From NCBI GenBank assembly GCA_012523135.1, contig JAAYJD010000295.1, forward strand, positions 20,366 through 84,365: a stretch of 64,000 nt of DNA, in the 5' to 3' direction. Under the pieces are notes generated by a model that saw nothing but the letters and a program-made list of their open reading frames with translations, was not told the DNA's origin and did not search any database. This DNA comes from Clostridiaceae bacterium. Its GTDB lineage: Bacteria; Bacillota; Clostridia; Saccharofermentanales; UBA5734. This document shows, piece after piece, positions 54,307-61,859 of the stretch (positions are counted from its first letter, which is position 1; each line of letters begins with the position of its first letter). The translations under genes and the position numbers were made by a program.

Positions 54307-55050
54307 CTATTCCGGTTTTTGACCGCCCCTCAGGCCGCGAATGCTGCGCGGCAGGGCGTCTTTGCTGTTCTTCCAGCTTTTGTCATGGTTGCGGTAGTCA
54401 AATTTCAAGGTGAACCACTCGACGTCATCGCGCAATTCCTTCAGGCTTTTGCTCTGGATCTCGGTCAGGTCTGCGACAAAGACAGACGCCTGATTCTGGT
54501 TCAGGTAACGTGCCGCGCCGCGCAGCAGCAAGGCCACGTGCGGCAGGCAGAAGCCGCCGACGTTTTCGAACCGGCTCTTGAATGCCGGATCGGCGCAGTA
54601 TTCGTAAAAGATGACATCCAGGTAGCGATCCATGGTCGCGTCCATGCGGTCGCAGATCACGCAGCTGTTGATCCGCCGCTCGATCTGCTCGGCGGCCAGA
54701 TTGAGCATGTCCCGGTAGTCTTTCTTGCGCCCGTTGAAAAGGCCCGACCGGGCTGCGGGGATGCTCCCCTTCATTTCCGGTTCCAGGCGATCGACGAGAT
54801 CGGCCATATGGGTGTGCAGCATCAGGCCCAGGCCCAGCCGGTTGATCTCCCGGTTGTAGAGCTGATTGAGATGCTCGCGGCAGAAACCCTTCGCATTGGT
54901 CGTCTGGCGAACGTCGGGTTCCATCAGGGACGGACCCAGATAATAGTCGAGCAGCTGCTGGTTGAGGGCCTGCTCCAGGCCGCAGAGCGCACAGCCATCC
55001 GGCTGGTTGAACGCATCGTTGACCGGAATCGTATAGATCTTTTCCTTCAT
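54307..55050 (-). CDS. Cys/His-rich uncharacterised protein (DUF6062-like) with two CxxC..CxxH modules
   Basis: 247 aa. CALC-x33-CREH and CVIC-x34-CLPH. The ATG overlaps the upstream stop (ATGA). The family name is recalled, not verified. Confidence 0.72.
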   Translation of the reverse strand: MKEKIYTIPVNDAFNQPDGCALCGLEQALNQQLLDYYLGPSLMEPDVRQTTNAKGFCREHLNQLYNREINRLGLGLMLHTHMADLVDRLEPEMKGSIPAARSGLFNGRKKDYRDMLNLAAEQIERRINSCVICDRMDATMDRYLDVIFYEYCADPAFKSRFENVGGFCLPHVALLLRGAARYLNQNQASVFVADLTEIQSKSLKELRDDVEWFTLKFDYRNHDKSWKNSKDALPRSIRGLRGGQKPE

Positions 55051-56111
55051 GACAGTCTCCTGTTTTTCTGTTCGGATGCCACGCCCGGATCCTGCTGATG
55101 AACCACGCGCCGGGCCCGCACGTTGACCGCCATCACGTTGATCGCCGTGTAGGCTTCGATCTGGCTGCTGATTTTCTCCTGCACGTCCTGAAGGACCTGC
55201 GGGGCGTTGTAACCGTAGAACAAGGCGAGGTCGATGTCCAGCACGACGCCGTAGACTTCGGTGCGGACGGTGAACTCGGTCAGTCCGGCGATGCCGCGGA
55301 CCTGGCTGACGATGATTTCGATCATCATGCGGATGGCTTCATCGGACATCGAGTAACTGCCCAGTCCGGAAAACGTCGGCCGCACGACAGTCCGGTCAGA
55401 ATCGGGCATGGGATGGCTGCGGTCCCTGCGGCGGCGCAGCCGGGCGAACGGGTCGATGAACGTGCCGGAGAATTCGTGCTTGATCTCCATGCTGGGTACG
55501 GGGATGGCGTGCTTGCCCTGCGACAGGCGCACTTCGCGGGCCTGGCGCATTTCCTCTTCCGTGCTGACATCCTCGATCCGGATCAGCATCCGCGGCGGAT
55601 TCAGCCACAGGTTCTGGCAGATCTTGGTCAGCATGCCGTCGGACGTGCCGAGGATCATCAGGGTCGATGGTTTTTGCGCCGCCAGGGCGCGGCGCATGAC
55701 AGCCGCGCGGGTCTCGTCGGCAAACAGGGCCTGCCGGACGGATTCCAGTTTGGAAGGCGCCTTTTTGGCCGACGTGCCGGAGAGGATCCGGCTGCCGTGA
55801 ATAAGCAGGCCGTCGTCGATGATGTACGCGATCTGGTACTTGCTGGCGATGCGGGTGGCATGCGTGCTTTTCCCGGTGCCGCTGGGCCCGATAAAGGCGA
55901 TCACCGTGATGTTGCCCAGAACCGAGCGCATGTCGTCGTCGGCTTTTTCAGTCGGCGACTGGCGGTTGACCACCTCCGCCAGCCGGCCCAGGGTACGCAA
56001 GGTCCGGCCCCGTTCCGGCTTGTCCGTTTCCTGGTGGTCCTGCAGGTGGTTGGCGGTCGCTTCTTCCGCCTTTCTGCGGTGCCTGTCGAATCGGATCGCC
56101 GTCTGCTTCAC
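55047..56111 (-). CDS. P-loop NTPase fused to a C-terminal Asp23/Gls24-like domain
   Basis: 354 aa. Charged 60-aa N-terminus, Walker A FIGPSGTGKST, Walker-B-like LMILGTSD. The C-terminal 110 aa (SMSDEAIRMMIEIIVSQVRGIAGL..VYGVVLDIDLALFYGYNAPQV..VNVRARRV) resemble Asp23 family proteins. GTG start just after AAGGGAG. Confidence 0.72.
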   Translation of the reverse strand: MKQTAIRFDRHRRKAEEATANHLQDHQETDKPERGRTLRTLGRLAEVVNRQSPTEKADDDMRSVLGNITVIAFIGPSGTGKSTHATRIASKYQIAYIIDDGLLIHGSRILSGTSAKKAPSKLESVRQALFADETRAAVMRRALAAQKPSTLMILGTSDGMLTKICQNLWLNPPRMLIRIEDVSTEEEMRQAREVRLSQGKHAIPVPSMEIKHEFSGTFIDPFARLRRRRDRSHPMPDSDRTVVRPTFSGLGSYSMSDEAIRMMIEIIVSQVRGIAGLTEFTVRTEVYGVVLDIDLALFYGYNAPQVLQDVQEKISSQIEAYTAINVMAVNVRARRVVHQQDPGVASEQKNRRLS

Positions 56112-56137
56112 GCTCCCTTAATCAACGTGCAACGCGT

Positions 56138-56866
56138 TCAGGCTTGGTCCCAGTTGTGGTAGACCTCCTGAACATCGTCGTGCTCTTCTAGTTTTTCGAT
56201 CAGCTTCTCCATTTTAAGCGTCATGTCCGGATCGGTCAGCGTTGTCCAGGTCACCGGCACAGGACCCAGCGAAACGTCCAGGAACGTGAATCCCTGCTGT
56301 TCCAGGGCAGCGCGCACCGCGTCGTACTGGTCGGGCTCCGTCGTGATTTCGTAGGCTTCGTCTTCTGCCGCGAAATCCTCCGCGCCGGCTTCCAGGGCTG
56401 CCAGCATCATGGTCTCTTCATCGGGCGCACCATCGCGGTCGATGATCAAGGTGCCTTTATCCTGGAACAGGAAGCCGACACAACCGGTGGTCCCGAGATT
56501 GCCGCCGAACTTGTCGAAGATATGGCGCAGATCGCCGGAGGTCCGGTTGCGATTGTCTGACAGCGTCCGCACCATGACCGCCACACCGCCCGGTCCGTAA
56601 CCCTCGTAGGTGATGTCCTCGTAGTTGTCTGTATCCGCGGCGCCGGCGGCCTTGGTGATGCTGCGCTGGATGTTGTCGTTGGGCATGTTCGCGGTTTTGG
56701 CCTTGGCGATCACGTCCTTGAGACGGTTGTTGACGTCTGGATCCGCGCCGCCGCTTCTGACGGCGACCTGGATCTCACGGCCGATCTTGGTGAAGATTGC
56801 GCCGCGCTGGGCGTCAGCGGCACCTTTTTTACGCTTGATGTTGTTCCATTTTGAATGACCCGACAT
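56138..56866 (-). CDS. YebC/PmpR family DNA-binding transcriptional regulator
   Basis: 242 aa from the ATG at 56866 (AGGAGGA SD). MSGHSKWNNIKRKKGAADAQRG start. The track's 99-codon extension was rejected. Confidence 0.93.
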   Translation of the reverse strand: MSGHSKWNNIKRKKGAADAQRGAIFTKIGREIQVAVRSGGADPDVNNRLKDVIAKAKTANMPNDNIQRSITKAAGAADTDNYEDITYEGYGPGGVAVMVRTLSDNRNRTSGDLRHIFDKFGGNLGTTGCVGFLFQDKGTLIIDRDGAPDEETMMLAALEAGAEDFAAEDEAYEITTEPDQYDAVRAALEQQGFTFLDVSLGPVPVTWTTLTDPDMTLKMEKLIEKLEEHDDVQEVYHNWDQA

Positions 56867-56907
56867 AGGTAAATCCTCCTGTTTGTCTGCGTGTGCTTCA
56901 AATCGGA

Positions 56908-57564
56908 CTAAGCCTGGGCAGGAGGAGGATCGGGCGGCGGCAGCGGCAGGTAGACCTGCTGTTGCAATTCGATGAGCGCGGCGCCGCCGGTCAGGTCGGC
57001 GCAGAGTTGGCGGAATGCATCGTCGCGTTCCAGCGGGACACGGACCGTGACGTCGACATCGATACCGAACGCGGCATCGGAACAGGGCCAGCCGGCCTGC
57101 TGCCAGGCCCGGCGCAGCCGTTCGTGGTCGGCATAGCTGACCGTGACCGCGTACTCGCGGCAAAGCCGCATCACAACCGGGCGGGCGGCCGCAACCGCCT
57201 GGGCGGCTGCCTGGCCATACGCCCGGCTCAAGCCGCCGGTTCCGAGCAGCGTGCCGCCAAAATAACGGGTCACCACGACGGCGACCTGCTCCAGATCCTG
57301 GTGCTTGAGCACATCGAGCACCGGCAGGCCGGCGGTGCCCTGCGGTTCGCCGTCATCTGAATAGCGCTGCAGACTGTAAGCGCCGCCAGTCACCCAGGCA
57401 TAAACATGATGCGAGGCGTCCGGATAAGCGCCGCGCTCAAATGAGAGAAAAGCCTGTGCCTCTGCTTCGGTCCCGACCGGGCGGCAGGCGGCAATAAACC
57501 TCGACTTTTTCTCTTCCAGCTCGATCCTGGCGGATTTTTTTACCGTTCGGTATTGTTGGCGCAT
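56908..57564 (-). CDS. YigZ (IMPACT/UPF0029) family protein
   Basis: 218 aa. EEKKSRFIA and YAWV motifs. Its ATG shares one nucleotide with the upstream stop. Confidence 0.85.
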   Translation of the reverse strand: MRQQYRTVKKSARIELEEKKSRFIAACRPVGTEAEAQAFLSFERGAYPDASHHVYAWVTGGAYSLQRYSDDGEPQGTAGLPVLDVLKHQDLEQVAVVVTRYFGGTLLGTGGLSRAYGQAAAQAVAAARPVVMRLCREYAVTVSYADHERLRRAWQQAGWPCSDAAFGIDVDVTVRVPLERDDAFRQLCADLTGGAALIELQQQVYLPLPPPDPPPAQA

Positions 57565-57986
57565 CAGGTCGATTGAACCAGCTCCTTGTATTTCTGATAC
57601 GAGAGCATCAGGAGCGATTTGTCCTGGCTGTAGGTCACTTTGTCCATGGCTTCCTCAATCGGGAAGAAGCCGGCATCCAGAAAACCAAGTGCCTCGTTGG
57701 CCGTTGTCGAATCCTGCTCGGTGGTCATGATATACCAGACAATCTTGTTGCAGACGGGACGTTGGCGGGATATCGAATAGAATTCATAGTTGGTCCGTCC
57801 TGCTGATGAAACAATGCGCGCCTTGACATTCCCCTCGAACTGAACGCGCCGGACGGCGACTTCGTCCGGAAAATCGCCGCTGCGGATGACACCTTTGGGG
57901 AACACCCACTCATGCTTGTCGTTCATCAAAAGCAAAACCCTGTCACCGGAAAAAACAACACCTCCGGAACAGTTGCGTACCAGCAT
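57564..57986 (-). CDS. NUDIX-fold protein with a degenerate Nudix box
   Basis: 140 aa. The FPKGVIRSGDFPDEVAVRRVQFEGNV region aligns to GX5EX7REUXEEXGU but lacks the REx2EE glutamates. GGGAGG SD. Confidence 0.65.
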   Translation of the reverse strand: MLVRNCSGGVVFSGDRVLLLMNDKHEWVFPKGVIRSGDFPDEVAVRRVQFEGNVKARIVSSAGRTNYEFYSISRQRPVCNKIVWYIMTTEQDSTTANEALGFLDAGFFPIEEAMDKVTYSQDKSLLMLSYQKYKELVQST

Positions 57987-58020
57987 GGCATGACCTCCCT
58001 TCCTGTGCTTTCATTCTAGC

Positions 58021-58052
58021 ATGAAAGATGGCCGCGAACAATCGCGGCCATC
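58021..58052 (-). terminator. serS terminator hairpin
   Basis: GATGGCCGCGA-(4-nt loop)-TCGCGGCCATC, an 11-bp perfect stem followed on the - strand by TTTCAT. A second hairpin, CTTTCAT-N6-ATGAAAG, abuts it. Confidence 0.55.
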
Positions 58053-58079
58053 CCGATGCACGACAGGAGCAGGGCAATC

Positions 58080-59363
58080 TCAAGGCCCGATTTGGGCCAG
58101 ACCGCCCAGCCATTTGCGCAGGATTTCCGGAATAACGACGCTGCCGTCAGCTTGCTGGAACTGCTCGACGATCGCCGGGAAGATGCGGCTGGTCGCCAGC
58201 CCGGAGGCATTCAGCGTGTGGACATAGACCGGCTTGCCGGTCTCCTGGCTGCGGAAGCGCATGTTGCCGCGCCGGGCCTGGTAGTCGCCGGCATCGGAGG
58301 CCGAACTGACTTCCTTGTAGTCGTTCATGCTGGGGATCCACACCTCGATGTCATAGGTCTTGCGCATCGAGGCGCTGCAGTCCCCGGCTGCCAGCTTGCT
58401 GACGCGGTAATGCAGCCCCAGTTTTTCGACCAGCCGGGCCGCCTTGCCGACCAGCTCCTGCAGAGCCGCTTCGGACTGGTCCGGCTTCACATACTGGAAC
58501 ATCTCGATCTTGTTGAATTGGTGGCCGCGGATCATGCCGCGTTCCTCGGCCCGGTAGCTGCCCGCCTCCTTGCGGTAGCAGGGCGTGTAGGCGAAGTAGC
58601 GCAGCGGCAGCTGGCTCTCGTCGAGAATCTCGTCGCGGTGCAGATTGACCAGCGCCGTTTCCGCGGTCGGCAGGATGAAATGGGAAAACCCCTCGCCATC
58701 GTCGCGGCGCAGTTGAAAGACATCGTCCTTGAACTTGGGGAACTGCCCTGCCGTATAGCCGCACTGCCAGGTCAGGATGTGTGGCGGCAAGATCATCTCG
58801 TAGCCGTCGGCCAGATGTTCCTCCATGAAAAAGTTGAGCAGGGCCCACTCCAGGCGGGCACCCAGGCCGCGGTAGACCCAGAAACCGTTGCCGCCCAGCT
58901 GAGCGCCCCGGCGATAGTCGATCAGGCCCAGCTGCTCGCACAGGTCGACATGGTGCCTGGGGCTGAAGGCGAAGGCCGGTTTCTCGTTGCCGCTGGCGAC
59001 GACCTGGTTGTTCTCCTTGCCGCCGGCCACGACGTCGTCAGCCGGCAAGTTGGGCAGCGCTTCCAGGAAAGACTGCTGGATCTTGTCCAGCGCATCGATC
59101 TGCTCATCGCCAGCCTTGATCTCCTCGCCGATCGCTTTCATGCGCGCCAGCAGGGGGGCCACGTCCTGTTTCTCCTTTTTCAGGATCGGGATGCGGGCCG
59201 ACGTCTTGTTCTTTTCCGCTTTGAGCTGTTCGGTCGCCGCGATCTGGCGGCGGCGTTCGGCGTCGCGCTCCAGGAAAGCGCCAAAATCGACCTCGAATCC
59301 CTTGCGGGCCAGCTTTTCTGCGACCAGGGCGGGATTGTCGCGAATCAGGTTGATGTCCAGCAT
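58080..59363 (-). CDS. serS: serine--tRNA ligase
   Basis: 427 aa. N-terminal coiled-coil arm and class II motifs (YRKEAGSYRAEERGMIRGHQF, SGLATSR). The AGGAGG SD overlaps the end of the upstream regulator gene. Confidence 0.95.
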   Translation of the reverse strand: MLDINLIRDNPALVAEKLARKGFEVDFGAFLERDAERRRQIAATEQLKAEKNKTSARIPILKKEKQDVAPLLARMKAIGEEIKAGDEQIDALDKIQQSFLEALPNLPADDVVAGGKENNQVVASGNEKPAFAFSPRHHVDLCEQLGLIDYRRGAQLGGNGFWVYRGLGARLEWALLNFFMEEHLADGYEMILPPHILTWQCGYTAGQFPKFKDDVFQLRRDDGEGFSHFILPTAETALVNLHRDEILDESQLPLRYFAYTPCYRKEAGSYRAEERGMIRGHQFNKIEMFQYVKPDQSEAALQELVGKAARLVEKLGLHYRVSKLAAGDCSASMRKTYDIEVWIPSMNDYKEVSSASDAGDYQARRGNMRFRSQETGKPVYVHTLNASGLATSRIFPAIVEQFQQADGSVVIPEILRKWLGGLAQIGP

Positions 59364-59373
59364 ATGGTTCCTC

Positions 59374-60075
59374 CTAATTTTCTGCCTGGATCAGCGCGAC
59401 CAGGCGCTTGGGGTCTATGACGGTGAAAGACGAGCGGTAGTAATCGATCAGCCTGTCCGTCTTCATCCGGCTCAGTTCGCGGGACATGGACGGCCGCGAT
59501 ACATTGAGGTAGTCGGCCAGGGCTTCCCGGTTCATCTGGGTCCGAAACGTGCAGGAGCCGTTTTGCCGGTACTGGTCATACAGGAAAGCCGCCAGCTTCT
59601 GGCGCATGCCCTTCAGGCGGATATAGCCGATCCGCTTGTTCATCAGCATGGCCTTGCCGGCCAGGATACCCAGCATGTTGGCTGCCATCACCTGGTGCGC
59701 GTCACAGGCCCGGCAGCACGGCCGGCTGATTTTTTCAAAGGGGATGAAGAGCACGGCGCCGCCGCTGTCGGCGACGACCGTATTGGGCCAGACCCCGTTA
59801 CCGGCAAAGGCAGCCACCTCGCCGAACAGGTCGCCGGCACCGAACAGACCGATGATCAGCCGGCTGCCGGCTTCATCCTCCTGCTGAACCAGGACGCGGC
59901 CATCCAAGATCAGGCCGACCGTCGTCTGGGGCTGTCCGGCCAGGCAGAGCAGGTCCCCCTTGGCAAAAGACCGTTCGATGGCGCGAAAGCAAGCCAGCAG
60001 GACATCAAGCTGTTCAGATGACAGGCCGGCAAACAGCCGGGTGTCCATCAGGACGGATTTCCAACGATCGGTCAA
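59374..60075 (-). CDS. Crp/Fnr family regulator (HcpR-like by context) with a central CCxxC cluster
   Basis: cNMP-like barrel, RPCCRACDAH at the barrel/dimer-helix junction, C-terminal HTH REALADYLNVSRPSMSRELSRM. The start is either TTG 60075 (GGAGG 6 nt upstream) or ATG 60048. Confidence 0.82.
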   Translation of the reverse strand: MTDRWKSVLMDTRLFAGLSSEQLDVLLACFRAIERSFAKGDLLCLAGQPQTTVGLILDGRVLVQQEDEAGSRLIIGLFGAGDLFGEVAAFAGNGVWPNTVVADSGGAVLFIPFEKISRPCCRACDAHQVMAANMLGILAGKAMLMNKRIGYIRLKGMRQKLAAFLYDQYRQNGSCTFRTQMNREALADYLNVSRPSMSRELSRMKTDRLIDYYRSSFTVIDPKRLVALIQAEN

Positions 60076-60099
60076 AGCGAACCTCCACGTCACAAAAGA

Positions 60100-60128
60100 G
60101 TTGCCGGGGCAACGGTTTTATTTTTCTC
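60100..60128. other. terminator-like hairpin with T-tracts on both strands in the hcpR / hcp divergent region
   Basis: GTTGCC-GG-GGCAAC, followed by GGTTTTATTTTT on the + strand and TCTTTTGTG on the - strand. It lies in the predicted 5' UTR of the regulator gene. Confidence 0.3.
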
Positions 60129-60156
60129 ATTATAGTACAATACCGCGGGAAAACAA
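60129..60156 (-). promoter_or_regulatory. candidate promoter of the hcpR-like gene
   Basis: On the - strand: TTGTTT, 16-nt spacer, consensus TATAAT. Confidence 0.45.
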
Positions 60157-60177
60157 CCGGCGGACGCGTTCGCGCTC

Positions 60178-60206
60178 TTTAATCGGGACGCGATCAACGG
60201 TATAAT
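60178..60206 (+). promoter_or_regulatory. candidate hcp promoter
   Basis: Consensus TATAAT at 60201-60206 with a poor -35 (TTTAAT), as expected for an activator-dependent promoter. I found no convincing Crp/Fnr palindrome. Confidence 0.4.
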
Positions 60207-60254
60207 GAACATCAGAAGCTGATGATGTCACGTAAACGGGAGGTTCACAACCAG

Positions 60255-61859
60255 ATGAGCAACAGCATGTTATGTTTTCAATGCGAACAGGTCGCCGGCG
60301 GCAAAGCCTGCACCCGGGTCGGGGTCTGCGGCAAACAGCCGTCAACGTCCAATTTGCAAGATGACCTGACCGTCAAGCTAATCGAGCTGGCGATGTTCAT
60401 GGAAGGCGAAGCGATGACCGACCATGCCGCCGAGCTGATGATGGAAGGCCTGTTCACCACGATCACCAATGTCAATTTCAATGACGACGATATTAAAGCG
60501 CTGACCGGTCTGATCCAGGAACAGATCGACCAGCTCAGGCCGCTCAACAGCGGCTGCGGCGCCTGCTGCGGCGCCGGCCAGGCGGACATCACCAGCGGCG
60601 ACGCCCTGTTCAGGGGCGATCCGGACGAAGTCGCCCTGCGCACCCTGTTACTGCTCGGTCTGCGCGGCATGGCCGCCTATGCCTACCACGCCTATGTGCT
60701 GGGCCGCAAGGATGCGGCGGTCACCGAAGCGCTGTTTGTCGGGATGCGCGCCGTCGGCACCCACCACAGTGTCGAGGCCTGGCTGAAAATCCTGCACCAG
60801 TTCGGCCTGGACAACTACCGCTGCATGGAGCTGCTCGACGAGGCCAACACCGGCGCCTACGGCCATCCGGTTCCGACCGCGGTCACGATGACGATCGAGC
60901 CGGGTCCGTTCATCGTCGTCTCAGGCCATGACCTGCTTGATTTGAAGATGCTGCTCGACCAGACGGCCGGCAAGGGCATCAACATTTACACGCACGGTGA
61001 AATGCTGCCGGCCCACGGCTATCCCGAGCTGAAGAAATATCCGCACCTCAAGGGCAATTTCGGCACGGCCTGGCAGAACCAGCAAAAAGAGTTCCGCAAC
61101 GTGCCGGGTGCTTTCCTGTTTACCACCAATTGCCTGATGCCGCCCAAAAAAGACTACGCCGACCGCGTGTTCACGACCGCTGTCGTCGGCTACCCCGGTT
61201 TGGTCCACATCCCGGACAGCCCGTACGGCAAGGATTTCGCGCCTGTGATCGAAAAAGCGCTGGCTCTGGGCGGCTATGACCGGCCGGTCACCATGAAGGG
61301 CGTCAACGGCGGTTCCAGCCTGATCACCGGGTTTGGCCACGAGACCGTTCTGGCCGCTGCCGGCGACGTCGTCGACGCCGTCAAGTCCGGCGCGATCCGG
61401 CATATTTTCCTGGTCGGCGGCTGCGATGGGGCCAAGCCCGGCCGCAATTACTACACCGATTTCGTCGCCGCCACCCCGCCGGACAGCCTCGTCCTGACGC
61501 TGGCCTGCGGCAAGTACCGCTTCAACGACCTCGACCTGGGCAAGATCGGGCCGTTCCCGCGCATCATGGACATGGGCCAGTGCAACGACGCCTACTCGGC
61601 CATCCGCGTCGCCGTCGCCCTTGCGGAGGTGTTTGAAACTGATATCAACCAATTGCCGCTGACGCTGGTCTTGTCCTGGTACGAGCAAAAGGCCGTCTGT
61701 GTCCTGCTCAGCCTGCTGTCACTGGGCGTCAAGAATATCCGCTTGGGCCCGACATTGCCGGCCTTCGTCTCGGAGAATGTGCTGAACGTTCTGGTCAGCC
61801 AGTTTGGTCTTTGTCCGGTTACACGGGCAGAAGACGACCTGAAGGCGGTGCTGGGATGA
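60255..61859 (+). CDS. hcp: hybrid cluster protein / hydroxylamine reductase
   Basis: About 534 aa. N-terminal cluster motif CFQCEQVAGGKAC..GVCGK. Hcp-like throughout. Alternative ATGs at 60222 and 60267. Confidence 0.93.
   Translation: MSNSMLCFQCEQVAGGKACTRVGVCGKQPSTSNLQDDLTVKLIELAMFMEGEAMTDHAAELMMEGLFTTITNVNFNDDDIKALTGLIQEQIDQLRPLNSGCGACCGAGQADITSGDALFRGDPDEVALRTLLLLGLRGMAAYAYHAYVLGRKDAAVTEALFVGMRAVGTHHSVEAWLKILHQFGLDNYRCMELLDEANTGAYGHPVPTAVTMTIEPGPFIVVSGHDLLDLKMLLDQTAGKGINIYTHGEMLPAHGYPELKKYPHLKGNFGTAWQNQQKEFRNVPGAFLFTTNCLMPPKKDYADRVFTTAVVGYPGLVHIPDSPYGKDFAPVIEKALALGGYDRPVTMKGVNGGSSLITGFGHETVLAAAGDVVDAVKSGAIRHIFLVGGCDGAKPGRNYYTDFVAATPPDSLVLTLACGKYRFNDLDLGKIGPFPRIMDMGQCNDAYSAIRVAVALAEVFETDINQLPLTLVLSWYEQKAVCVLLSLLSLGVKNIRLGPTLPAFVSENVLNVLVSQFGLCPVTRAEDDLKAVLG

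Noticed and set aside
60165-60200. Attempt to find an HcpR/FNR/CRP palindrome at class II position upstream of hcp (CGCGTTCGCG, a GGACGCG direct repeat, TTAAT-N9-ATCAA)
   Set aside because: None matches TTGAT-N4-ATCAA or TGTGA-N6-TCACA in sequence or spacing. The CG-rich repeats are too short to distinguish from background.
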